DNA of 63,897 nucleotides, the filler included, from Vermamoeba vermiformis (lineage: Eukaryota), in NCBI GenBank assembly GCA_045837725.1. It is 4 parts of 4 records of this genome, joined end to end, with 100 filler letters (N's around TTAATTAATTAA, not from the genome) between each part and the next. Parts side by side here need not be neighbours in the genome. Positions count along the whole stretch, not along the records: positions 44,422 to 63,897 come from JBEWZL010000158.1; 3 more parts are not named here. One strand, given 5' to 3'. Below the pieces are notes generated by a model, which saw only the letters and a program-made list of their open reading frames with translations, had not been told where the DNA came from and ran no database searches. Below, one piece after another: positions 50,401 to 61,258 of the stretch. Each line of letters begins with the position of its first letter. The stretch's first letter is position 1. The position numbers and the translations under genes are program-made.

Positions 50401-51720
50401 TGGTCAGGATCTCGCATCGAAAGTAACTGGAACTTTCGATCGCGGTAAAAAATCGTGTGCACAATCTAAATAAAAAAATGAAGTGTTAGTATATTATATT
50501 TAGTATAGTTTTATCGTTATTAATTAAATTAAAATTAAAATCCAGATAAAGTCCGAGCACTAAGCTCGATCCGGATCTAATTAATTTTTACTTGAAAATT
50601 TAAATATTGAATTTACGATAGAAGAATGTTATAAATGGTGGAAGTATTTATAAAAAAATCTTACCTTGATTTATCTCGGTCTCTGCACCGAGATTCGCGC
50701 AAGTCTTGATCTCGCGCATTGCCTCGTGCTGTAACGACGCCGAAAGTCGTTTGGCGCGTGTTGAATATCAATAATAACTCCTATAATAGCAATAAATCGA
50801 CCCTTGTAGTCGATCTGATGCGAATCTAAGTTCGCATCGACTTCTCTTCCGAATAACTCGCGCTGAACGGCCGTTGCGACCGTGGCGCGTAACTACCATC
50901 TGGTAATGAATAATAATATATAAATATAACGACCCTTGCGGTCGTTCTGTTGAATTACTGATGCAAAATAGCCCGTGCGCCATTTTCGCATCAGCACTGA
51001 AATCAAAATTACTCGCGCTGGAGCGGCTTTGATACCGCGGCACGTTGCTATAGGCTGTAAATGAGCAATTAAATCGCATCAAATAAATAACTCGACCAGT
51101 GTGGTCGATCTGTCGAAGTTCTTTAAAAATAGCTTTTCAAATGACGTGTGCGATTTCGACAACTCGAAATAACCCGCGCTGTAACGACTTTGGTGTCGTG
51201 GCGCGTAACTGTCCTATGTAATAATCGATAAATAAAGGCTTAAATGACCGTTTTGGTGGATCTCCTCGGTTAAAACTAAACTTACGTGCTCGATCTGTTG
51301 ACGTTCTTCTAAATCTCGTTAAAATTACGCCTTTAGTGATAAATTAAATTAGTACTATTAAAATTAATTACCAAGAGACCGTGAGTAACGAAAATCTAGT
51401 TATGTCGCGGATTTAAAAATTGATCAGCGTTTGAATCTGACCTCGAACGCAATCGAATAATAAATTTCTTTAATAATAATAACTTTTACGTACCTGACAT
51501 CATCCCCAGCTAATTTTAAGTAATTCTTCCAAGATCCGTGATTCTGATCTGACGGATCTACGTGACGTTTCCTATTAACCAACGCGTTATTGAATATTTT
51601 TACAATTTTTTCTTGTACGTACCTGGCACTGTCTTTAATAATAAATGAGTTTCTTTCAATACCCAGTCCTGTCACGATCCGGATCTTGGGCGTAACTCGT
51701 GTCCCCAAGGAATCCGCGCT
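44422..51720 (-). ncRNA. Putative multi-exon structured long non-coding RNA tract built from diverged tandem hairpin modules
   Basis: About 20 minus-strand GTAAG/GTATG donors with ACTAAC-like branch points and YAG acceptors; exon-like pieces have stops in all frames; recurring hairpins show compensatory changes; 46960-48310 resembles 49815-51120. Confidence 0.45.
49074..49458. repeat. Array of seven 18-bp palindromes (consensus CGGTTTCACGTGAWACCG) bounded by ~29-bp inverted repeats
   Basis: Copies at 49081, 49132, 49181, 49229, 49307, 49357 and 49434, separated by ggactt(t/a)gtttttt linkers; the first and last units are inverted relative to each other. Confidence 0.9.
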
Positions 51721-51869
51721 ATTTCTCCATTACTATGGGGGATCCAAGGGAACCCAAATATAATTTAATTAGCCTATATATGGGCTATCATTTCTAATTT
51801 ATTCGAATTGAAAACAGTTCGTGTCTGTTGTCCTTTCAATTTCGTTCCAATTTTTCCTGGCTGCTGGAT

Positions 51870-52640
51870 TACAGGGGTCTGACAGGGTGCACAGTAATGC
51901 AACACAGGGATGCAACAGGGCATACAGCATGCTGTATGGGGGTGAGGCAGGGTGTACAGTGTGCCGTATGGGGGGGTGAGGGGGCATACAGCATGCAGTA
52001 CGGGGGTGCAAAAGGGTGTACAGTGTGCCGTACGGGGGTGCAAAGGGGTGTACAGCATGCTGTACGGGGGTGCGACAGGGTGTACAGCATGCCGTATGGG
52101 GTGCGACAGGGCGTACAGCGTGCCGTACAGGGGTGCGACAGGGTGTACAGCGTGCCGTACGGGGGTGCGACAGGGTGTACAGCATGCCGTATGGGGGTGC
52201 GACAGGGCGTACAGCGTGCCGTACAGGGGTGTGACAGGGCGTACAGCGTGCCGTACGGGGGTGCAAAGGGGTGTACAGCATGCCGTACAGGGGTGCGACA
52301 GGGTGTACAGCGTGCCGTACAGGGGTGCGACAGGGTGTACAGCATGCCGTACGGGGGTGCGACAGGGCGTACAGCGTGCCGTACGGGGGTGGTGTACAGC
52401 ATGCTGTACGGGGGTGCGACAGGGCGTACAGCGTGCCATACGGGGGTGGTGTACAGCATGCTGTACGGGGGTGCAAAGGGGTGTACAGTGTGCCGTACGG
52501 GGGTGCGAGGGGGTGTACAGCATGCCGTACGGGGGTGCGAGGGGGTGTACAGCGTGCCGTACGGGGGTGCGAGGGGGCGTACAGCGTGCCGTACGGGGGT
52601 GCGAGGGGGTGTACAGCGTGCCGTATGGGGGTGTACACCA
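51870..52640. repeat. G-rich ~32-bp minisatellite (gggggtgcgacagggtgtacagcgtgccgtac)
   Basis: More than 20 tandem diverged copies directly visible. Confidence 0.95.
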
Positions 52641-52693
52641 AAGTGTATGGCGGCAATTATTTTATTTTGTAAACAAAAATCATAGCCCCAGCC

Positions 52694-53788
52694 CTAAATC
52701 CTATATAATTCTCCTTCCAAGAATTCTCTCTTCCAAAAACTTGCCATCCAAGAGTCGTTTCCCGGGGGGTAGGAGTTGCATCCTGTCGACCAAAACATGC
52801 ACTCGACTCCCGCCAAGTCGAACCAAGCCAGGGACTTTGCCAGCGTTTCGTCGTAAAACGATTCCGGGTCGCGGTCGAAGGGCTCGAGCTTTTGACCGAC
52901 CTTGAAGCAAGCGGTCTTGACGTGTTGCCACCTTAATCCGGTCAGCTCTCTCATCTTGGCGGCGAACACGGCGAACTCCCTGCCGTTCAACCTTGCCGTC
53001 CTGTCCGCAGGCCAGGCAGACCTCAAGGGCATGGCTGCCGACAGAGCGGGGACTATCACTTGGTTCCAGTAGTCGACCTCTTCTCCCTCCAGGTCGCAGG
53101 AGAAGTACAAAGGCCAAGACATCCAACGAGCAAAGCAGTGGAAGGTGGTTCCTCCGGAGAATACCGACGAATCCGTGCAAACTCGGCTGCAACCGTACTT
53201 TGAACTTCGAGTACCCAGGGACAGCTTGTGTCGTCCTGAACGGGGTGCTACGATGAGTAACCGGGGGTTTTTTTGGTATCGGTGCTCGATCGATCGCTTA
53301 CCTGCGGCGAACTTCGGGGCTGCCGAGGGAGACGGGCAGACGAACATGTCTTCGTCGTTGGGCAACATCGTGGGGAGGAAGGAGAACGGTATCGACGGGT
53401 AACCGACCAAGCATAGGCTGTCCAGGTCGCAGGATGGCAACGACGGTTCGGCCGAGTTCTCCAAGGTGGGCACGAAGTTCATCTTGGCTGCCGCCAACGC
53501 CGACAGCTTGTCCGGGTGCCCGGCGGAAGCGGCTACCCACTGGTTTGCCCTCGCCCAACTCACTCGTCGGTCGGGTGTCCTTTCCGGAGGAGGGGATGAT
53601 GGCTCCTCTCGATCGGGAACTCGGAGAGGTTCCAGGCCTCGAGTCTGGTAATCCCCGAAGGCAGAGTCGTTCCAGTCGTCCCCGTAGAGGTAGTGCCTTT
53701 GGTCGATCTGCCGTTCGAACGGCGTCTCCGAGGGGGCGTAATGGTCCGTTTCGTCTATGGACATCGAGTCTGAGCTGTGGTGTTCCAT
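52694..53788 (-). CDS. Hypothetical 364-aa protein (intronless, GC-rich)
   Basis: Long ORF from ATG with acidic N-terminus and a globular-looking C-terminal two-thirds; abuts the minisatellite. Confidence 0.6.
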   Translation of the reverse strand: MEHHSSDSMSIDETDHYAPSETPFERQIDQRHYLYGDDWNDSAFGDYQTRGLEPLRVPDREEPSSPPPERTPDRRVSWARANQWVAASAGHPDKLSALAAAKMNFVPTLENSAEPSLPSCDLDSLCLVGYPSIPFSFLPTMLPNDEDMFVCPSPSAAPKFAAGKRSIEHRYQKNPRLLIVAPRSGRHKLSLGTRSSKYGCSRVCTDSSVFSGGTTFHCFARWMSWPLYFSCDLEGEEVDYWNQVIVPALSAAMPLRSAWPADRTARLNGREFAVFAAKMRELTGLRWQHVKTACFKVGQKLEPFDRDPESFYDETLAKSLAWFDLAGVECMFWSTGCNSYPPGNDSWMASFWKREFLEGELYRI

Positions 53789-54267
53789 GCGTGAGGTTAA
53801 GATAGTGGTCGGGAAAAAAACCGTCGCGCCCGACCGTCCGCACCCCAGCCGTGGCGTCCGAGAGAATCGTGCGGAAGATGAGCCCTGGAAGATGCCCGGA
53901 ATTTATTTCGGGAATTCCCGCCCCCGGAATTTAGGGGAGGTCACGTGACTGCCTATAGATTAAAACTTTTTATTTTAAAAAAATACAAAGGGCTGAGTCA
54001 ACAACTTGGTGAGGACAGCTGATCGGACTTGGATGGGGATTGGGGTGGGGATGGGAGTGGGGTACGAGGAACGATGACAGTGGCCTGGGTGTCGATTTTT
54101 GGTGAGGCCTGGACTTCGAACAGCCAGTGAGGAAAGGATAGGAAGGGGCTTGGAGAGGAAGGGAAGGATCCGAACAAGTCAACCGAGGCTGCTCCCGTTG
54201 ACTGTAATGGAGTACCAAAGAAGTTCGCCTAATGAAATGTTGATTAATAAGTGATAGGAGAATACCC

Positions 54268-54690
54268 ATCCTCTTACGGTCCGTAAAAGGATGGTTACTT
54301 AGTTTAAAAAGTTTTCACTTAAGGTTATCCTTTTACGGTCCGTAAGAGGATGACTTTAAATTTTGGCACTTTGTTTTGATCCTTTTACGGTCCGTAAGAG
54401 GATGGGTCTGAGTTTTTAGCAAAAATATGTTCGCATCCTTTTACGGTCCGTAAGAGGATGTGACTTGGAGTAGAAACAGGCTTAGTCAAGACCCATCCTT
54501 TTACGGTCCGTAAGAGGATGGGATTTGAAGTCAACCCAGATCCAGTCATGACCCATCCTTTTACGGTCCGTAAGAGGACAAGGCTTGACTTGCCCCAAGT
54601 CAAAGTCAGGACCCATCCCTTTACGGTCCGTAAGAGGACAGGGTTTGACTGAGCCCTTGGATCTCATCCTTTTACGGTCCGTAAGAGGAT
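54268..54690. repeat. Palindrome array 1 (8 copies of RTCCTYTTACGGWCCGTAARAGGAY), in a probable 3'-UTR intron
   Basis: Copies at 54268, 54327, 54379, 54435, 54495, 54555, 54615 and 54666; minus-strand GTAAGT donor at 54727 just after the stop codon. Confidence 0.93.
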
Positions 54691-54730
54691 CAAACCCCCT
54701 TTTGTTATCAACAACATACAAACTTACGAT

Positions 54731-57700
54731 TCAATCAAAATCATCAGAACTAGCACTACGTGATACCTGAGAGGCTCTCTCCTCCTCCTCCTCCTCCTCT
54801 TGGGCAGCTGCTTGCTCTTCCTCTTCGCCTTGGCTCTCTGATGACTCCTTTTCCTTGGACTTGGAGGATGACTTTTCTTTCGAAGAACCTTTCGATTTCT
54901 TGCTCTTCTTCTTTTTCTTCTTTTTCTTTTCAGTCTTGTCCCCCTCAGGTTCTGCTTCCTCTGCCTTTTTCTTCTTCTTCTTCTTCTCGGCCTTGCCCTC
55001 CTTGGATTCTTCATCCACAGACTTGGCTTGCTCACTGTCCTGCTTCTTCTTCTTTTTCTTCTTCTTGTCCTTCTTTTCTGCAGGCTTTGGTGGGCTGGCA
55101 AAGTCGCTGCTCGAGTCATGCTTGGCCTTTTCCTCTGCCTCGTCCTCTTCCTCCTCCTGGGCCTTAGGAGGAGGGGTCGTTTCAATCTGGTCGTCCTCCA
55201 GCTCTGAGGATTTTCTGATTGACTTGGGCGGTTTGGGAGTGAACTCTGTATCCTCAATGTCATCGACCTGCATCACGTCCTGCGGTCTTGTCACTGGCTC
55301 CTCTCCTGGCCCTTGCTTCTCCCCTTGCTCCTCCGAACGAGGGGCTTGATGCGAGGCTGCATTGTTGTTGCTTTTTGGGAGGGGTCCAAGGCCTGCCCTC
55401 GCAGTCATAACTGGTGCAGTTCTCAGCAGCTCTATGGTCGAGACAGGCTGGAAGTTGGTGTTGTTGATGGTCGCCCTGGCATTCACTACTTCTTTTCTTG
55501 TTGGTGTAGTTGATACCTTGGGCCTCTTCAACAAGGGCTGCTCTTCACCCTGCTCTGTTCCTTCATCCTCATCCCTGACCTTTCTCTTTCCAAGGTTGGT
55601 GGGCGTTTCGAACCAAGCTGCTGCCTTGGCTGGAGTCTTTCTTCCAGGTGTCTTGCCAGTCTTGTTGGGAGGAGATGCCAAGGTTGCCGCTGCCTCTTTG
55701 AGCTGCTGTAGAGACTTTATCACTGGAGGCTGTTGGTCTGGTTCTTCCAGCATGTAGAGAGTCTTCAATCTGGCCGTGTACGTGTCGTACGCTGTGCTGC
55801 CCTTTTTGGGTAATGACTCTTTGTATTTGCGATTCTCTCTGACCCACTCTTGTTTTAGCATGGCCCAACCTTCGGAAACATTTTCGTAGGTCGCGAAAGC
55901 AAACTTCCTGACTTTTGCTAAATCAGCCCACTCCAAGTCTTTCAGGAACAAGGACAAGAAAGGGATCTTGCTTGCCTGTTCTCTCAGCTTGCTCTCTGGT
56001 GATACCAACTTGGCCATCATTTCTTCCAAGCTCTTTGGGACCTCTTTGAGTTCCTCCTCCTGCACCACCATGCCTCCTGCAGACGCAGACGCCTGGTTCA
56101 TTGACCTTTTCTGCTCCAGCTCCTGCATCTGTTTCGAGACCGGGACGTCGTTCGGCTTTTTCTTCTTCTTGAGCCCAACAAAGATGCATCTTCTCCTGCT
56201 GGACAACCAACTCTTGGCAGCAAAAGCAGTACAATTGCTGGTGCAACTTCCTATTGCCATGATGCTGCTTTTTTCATCTGCCTGGATGAAAGATCCCAAT
56301 GAGGTCCAGAACAGCACTGGCAAGGCTTCTGCTTCCGTGCCTGCAATTTCTTGGTTTCGTAGAGGGACTGGGCCTTTACTCTTGCTGGGTCTGTTCAAGT
56401 AGAAAGCTCTGTGTGCCAATGAAAAGCCAACCATTCTCTGGCCCAAGTCTCCATGATTCGACCTGAAGAAGAGGTGGATGTTCGCCGGTCGCAGTACCAC
56501 CACGAACACCCCTGTGCCACCCTGAGGGTCATCCAGCAACAGCTCTTCGTCTGGCTGGTCCAGCACCGAAAACAGATGGTATGCCTGGGTGTTTGGCACT
56601 CTGCCGAGAAGAAGTTTCAATGTCCCCTCGTCGACCACTGTTATGCAGCAGTGTCTGGCTTGAGCAAAGGCAATGGCCACATTGACCAGGCCTTCGATCA
56701 TGCTTTCGTCGTTGTTGGCTGTGGACATTCGCAAGTCCATGACGACGTGATTGACCTACGAAGAGCATTTGTCAGTAAGGCTGGGAAAATAATGCAGGCA
56801 GCGAACAGGTCCTTTTACGGACCGTAAGAGGACAGGTTATGACTCAGGCAAGGTCCCAGCCAGGACCCATCCTTTTACGGACCGTAAGAGGATGGGATTT
56901 GACTAAGGCAAACACCAACTCATAACACATCCTTTAAGGGTCCGTAAGAGGATATGATTTGACTCAGGCTAAGCCCCTGTCATAACCCATCCTTTAAGGG
57001 TCCGTAAGAGGATGGGTCTTGGGTCAGGCAAAGTCCCAGTCATGACCCATCCTTTTACGGACCGTAAGAGGACATGTCTTGGGTCAGGCAAAGTCCCACT
57101 CATAACCCATCCTTTTACGGACCGTAAGAGGATGGGTCTTGAGTCAGGCAAGGTCCCAGACATGACCCATCCTTTTACGGACCATAAGAGGACAGGTCTC
57201 GAGTCAGAAAAAGACTCTGGCATGACCCATCCTTTTACGGACCGTAAGAGGACACTTATGGGTACTAAACAATACTTACAGTATTTGGCGGTACACTGGT
57301 GTCCATAGGGGCCACCTGATTGACACAGGCAAGGAGAGTGTTTAGCCAATTGGTAGCGTTGCCTGACCCTTTCGGGTTCCGGAACGTAACCACGGTGCGC
57401 AGCCTGTCGATGACCTCTTCTGTTGGGAAGGCTGCGTTGTTGATGGACATGGTGATGCGCTTTTTGAAATAAGCCCAGTCATCATCAGTGATTGTAAGCC
57501 TCTTGCCCGGGGTCACCCCAAGCAGACCTGCCATGTGCGACGACTGGATCCATTCCATCCACATGTCCACAACTTTCTGGATTTTGGCCTTCTCTGCATC
57601 AGTAAGCTCTTTGATCCCCAAAAGGCTGGACATTGTTGGCTCAAGGTCAAGGATAAACTTGCTCAAGATGGTTCTATGGCTCTTGATGAATTTGCACAAC

Positions 57701-60700
57701 ACCTTGAATCCAGACGCATTCACGTTGTTCTTGGCAGCAAAAGCCATGATGGCGTACCTCTCGCAGCTGTGCATTCCTCCGAGCTCCAAGTAGGCATCCA
57801 GAGGGTAAACTCCTGCTGTTGACTCTTGGTTTTTCAGATGGCTGTACCACAACGGCCACAAGTTCACCCCAATCGTTGGGTAGCAAGGGACTTGAAACGC
57901 CCACTTGATTTTGTTGTAAATCGAAAGGGCGTAGTTCGAGGCTACCTCCGCTGTCTGCTCTGCAACTTCCTGCGCCTCATCCTTCTTGCTTCTTCTTTTC
58001 TTTGCCTTGACCTTTTCAGCCACCTTGGTCTTGGCCTCTTCTTTGAATTGGGTCATGGTCGGGTTATCCGTCAAAGTGCAAAGCTGATAGATGTATCGCA
58101 CAATCAGCTTCTTGTCAATGTCCGTCTCTGCCATGTCCTCATCCAAAACGAACTGCAGCCACTGATCTCTCATTTGTTTTAGCAGGTCGACCATGGTAAC
58201 TTGGTTCATTGTGGTCATCACCTGCTGGTAATACAGAGAGATTGTGTTCTGGTCCTCTTCGGGGAGGTCCACGAAAAGAGTCAAGGAAATGGTGCTTTCC
58301 TTGTACTTCTTTTTCTTCTCCGCATCCCTCGTCCTCTCGACCAGTCTGTGCAGGGCCTCGATTCGATGTTGACCGTCCAACACTGTGACGCACTCTTTGA
58401 GTGAGCTTGGTAAAGGAGGTCTTCTTTCTGTGTAGTACCACTCTTGAAACTTTTCGAAGTCTTCTGCGGAAATGACTCCCAGCATTGGGCTGTACTCGAA
58501 CCAATTCACTGATATGGTCTTGATCAAGTTTTGGACGGTCTCTTCCTGGAGAGGTCTGAGGAAGTTCTCCTGGCTCCTTTTCATTATAGTAAAAGGAACT
58601 AATGGGAACATCCCCCCGCAATCTGCGGAATCCAACAACTCGGCTCCCCTTGTCATGACCTCGTCGAATGCCGATGGGTCTGACGCAACAGGGCCTGAGC
58701 CTTCGGTGGACTTCTTCTTCTTGGCACTAACAGCAACTCCCTTCTTGAGCTTCTGTGCCTCGGTGCTCTCCTTCTGCTTGGTGGCCCAGTCTAGCTCTGT
58801 GGCCAGCAACTTGAGGTCGTTGCTGACAGGCTCGAGGGCGTTGGGGTCCTTGCGTGGAGTTTTCAAAGGGAGAGGTTCCTGCAATAGGGGATCAGTACTT
58901 GGAAAACAAATAACAATAGGTTGACTAGTCCTTTTACGGACCGTAAGAGGACAGGTTTTGACTCAGGCAAGGTCCCAGCCATGACCCATCCTTTTACGGA
59001 CCGTAAGAGGACGGATTTTGAGTCACACAAAGTCCCAGTCATAACACATCCTTTAAGGGTCAGTAAGAGGATAGGTTTTGACTCAGGCTAAGACCCTGCC
59101 AAGACCCATCCTTTTACGGACCGTAAGAGGACAGGTTTTGACTCAGGCAAACACCAAGTCATGACTCATCCTTTAAGGGACCGTAAGAGGATATGATTTG
59201 AGTCAGACAAAGTCCCACTCATAACCCATCCTTTTACGGACCGTAAGAGGACAGGTTTTGAGCCCACCCAGGACTAGCGTTGATCCCATCCTCTTACGGT
59301 CCGTTAAAGGACACTCTTTGAATTTAACAAATCATTTAGTTCTTACCTCTTTTTCAAGCTGCATGGGCTCTTCCTCCTCCTCTCCCTCAGGCCGTTCCTC
59401 TGCTGACTGATCCTCATCGTCGTCCAAATTTGACGTCAGGTCCACTTCGCCTTTGCCTTTCAGCCTGTCTGCAACCTTCTTTTGGGCTTCAGTCAGGCCT
59501 GTTGTATGCTTGACTGGGCCCTCGCTCACAGCTGCGTCGTAAGCCTCGCTCATGTTGTTGATCCTGGCCTGCCACTCCAGCCTGTTGTCCACTGGGCACA
59601 TTTCCCATTGCTGGATGTGTCGATTTGTCTTGTCGATATTCCACATTGACTTGGCTGTCAGGCAGTAACCAGCTGGGTTCGAGGGGTCTGTGTAATCTAT
59701 CATGGCCATCCAATGTGCTCCTGACGACTTGCGGATTGCCACAAACAGCTGCAGGCCAAGCCCCTTGATCGGATCTCCGCCTCCTTCGGGAAACAGCTCC
59801 CCCTTGAACAGGATGACCCTCAGCTCAGGGTCTGGCTCCAACCACCAGCTGCCCTCGACCTGGGAGGTCTCTCTCTTGAGGTTGCTGTAGCTACTCTTTG
59901 CTGTGTTGGCAGCAGTCATGCTTGGGAGCAGCTGGTAGACCAGGGAATTGGGAGACATGGGCTCAGGCTGAGGTGGGGCCTGGGGTTGGGCCTGCTTGGC
60001 ATACTCTGGGGTCTGTATTGCTGCCAGCTGGGTATCAGTGAAGCTGGTGTTGTTGTCCAAAAACGACTCGGAGGTGGCAGCTTGCTCCTGTTGGTGAGGC
60101 TCTTCCATGGGTGGCGAGCTTGAGGACACTCTTGGCAGGACTGCTGGTGCTGGCTGGATTGCACTTTGGTTGGCTGCCACTGGGGTTGGTACCTGAGCCG
60201 CTGCGCCCTTTGGAGCCTGGGGAGGGGGGTTGGTCCCCTTGGGGTTGGCTTTGGGTGCTGGGCCCTTTGTCATTGATGTGGTTGCAAAGTCGTCCCACAT
60301 CTCTGGGGTCATCTCTTCGATGACTGTTGATCTTGGTGGCTTGTAGGGTTGGTTGGGCTGGCCACTCTTTTTCCCGTTTCTGTAAAAAATGCGTCAGTAC
60401 TTTGCAAAAAACACTGTAAAACAAGACCCATCCTCTTACGGTCCGTAAAAGGACAGGTCTCAAGACCCAGGCCAGACCAAAGACCAAGTCAAGACCCAAC
60501 ACCAGGCCAAGACCCATCCTCTTACGGTCCGTAAAAGGACAGGTCTCCAGACCCAGGCAGGATCCAAGACCAAGTCAAGACCCAACACCAGATCCAGACC
60601 CATCCTCTTATGGACCGTAAAAGGACCAGGTTCCAAGACCCAGTCAGGATCCAAGACCAAGTCAAGACCCAACACCAGGCCAAGACCCATCCTCTTACGG

Positions 60701-61004
60701 TCTGTAAAAGGACAGGACTCAACATTCAGGTAAGACCCAGGGCTGAGTCAAGAGCCACGACCAAGTCCAGACCCATCCTCTTACAGTCCGTAAAAGGACA
60801 GGTCCCCAGACCCAGACAAGACCCATGACAAAGTAAAGGCCCAGCACCAGGTAAAGACACATCCTCTTACGGTAAAAGGACAGCCCAGAAAAAGAACAAA
60901 AACAAAAAAAAAATTGACTGCACAACCCATCCTTTTACGGACCGTAAGAGGACGCTGGCGAAATTTCACTTGAAATTTCATCTGCTCGCTACTTACCCTG
61001 ACAT
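54731..61004 (-). CDS. ~1554-aa protein: low-complexity N-terminus, ParB-like/DGQHR domain, helical region, degenerate N6/N4 DNA methyltransferase-like domain, Lys/Glu-rich tail; 4 exons
   Basis: Exons 61004-60997, 60379-59347, 58878-57280 and 56755-54731 join in frame (phases 2, 0, 0) at GTAAG donors, TACTGAY branch points and YAG acceptors; FLRPLQEETVQNLIKTI..SPMLGV..VTVLDGQHRIEAL. Confidence 0.8.
56809..57253. repeat. Palindrome array 2 (8 copies, exact 60-bp period) inside intron 56756-57279
   Basis: Copies at 56809, 56869, 56929, 56989, 57049, 57109, 57169 and 57229. Confidence 0.95.
58928..59312. repeat. Palindrome array 3 (7 copies, 60-bp period) inside intron 58879-59346
   Basis: Copies at 58928, 58988, 59048, 59108, 59168, 59228 and 59288. 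Confidence 0.95.
60430..60953. repeat. Palindrome array 4 (7 copies, ~86-bp period, mostly opposite orientation) inside intron 60380-60996
   Basis: Copies at 60430, 60516, 60602, 60689, 60775, 60861 (internally deleted) and 60929. Confidence 0.93.
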
Positions 61005-61258
61005 GGCTCGCGCGTTCACTTGTGGTGCTCTGCGGTATGTGAAAAGTAAAAATAAAGGATTCAGATTTGATCCAATGCTTGCTTGGGTTTCCTCCCTGGG
61101 AGGATTTTTTCTGGGAGGATATTTCCTTTTTTGGAACTTGAACAGAATTATTAATTCTGCTTACTTGCATAATATCAGCCTCTTCATCCCTATACAGCTT
61201 CTTCAGGGACGCACTTTCTGACCAAGGATGTTGCTTCGAGATTTTGTTTCTAAAACTT

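Noticed and set aside
44422-51720. tRNA, rRNA, hammerhead, SECIS or snoRNA identity for the hairpin modules
   Set aside because: No cloverleaf with T-loop, no CUGAUGA..GAAA core in the right geometry, and no consistent C/D or H/ACA boxes recognised
51774-52905. Long Cys/Pro/His- or Gly-rich ORFs on both strands
   Set aside because: Open frames are produced by the 32-bp minisatellite
54731-60312. Three independent intronless (viral-like) genes, as the ORF track suggests
   Set aside because: The two upstream ORFs end just after a GTAAG donor, each ORF is preceded by a branch point and acceptor, and all phases match, so a single spliced gene is more parsimonious
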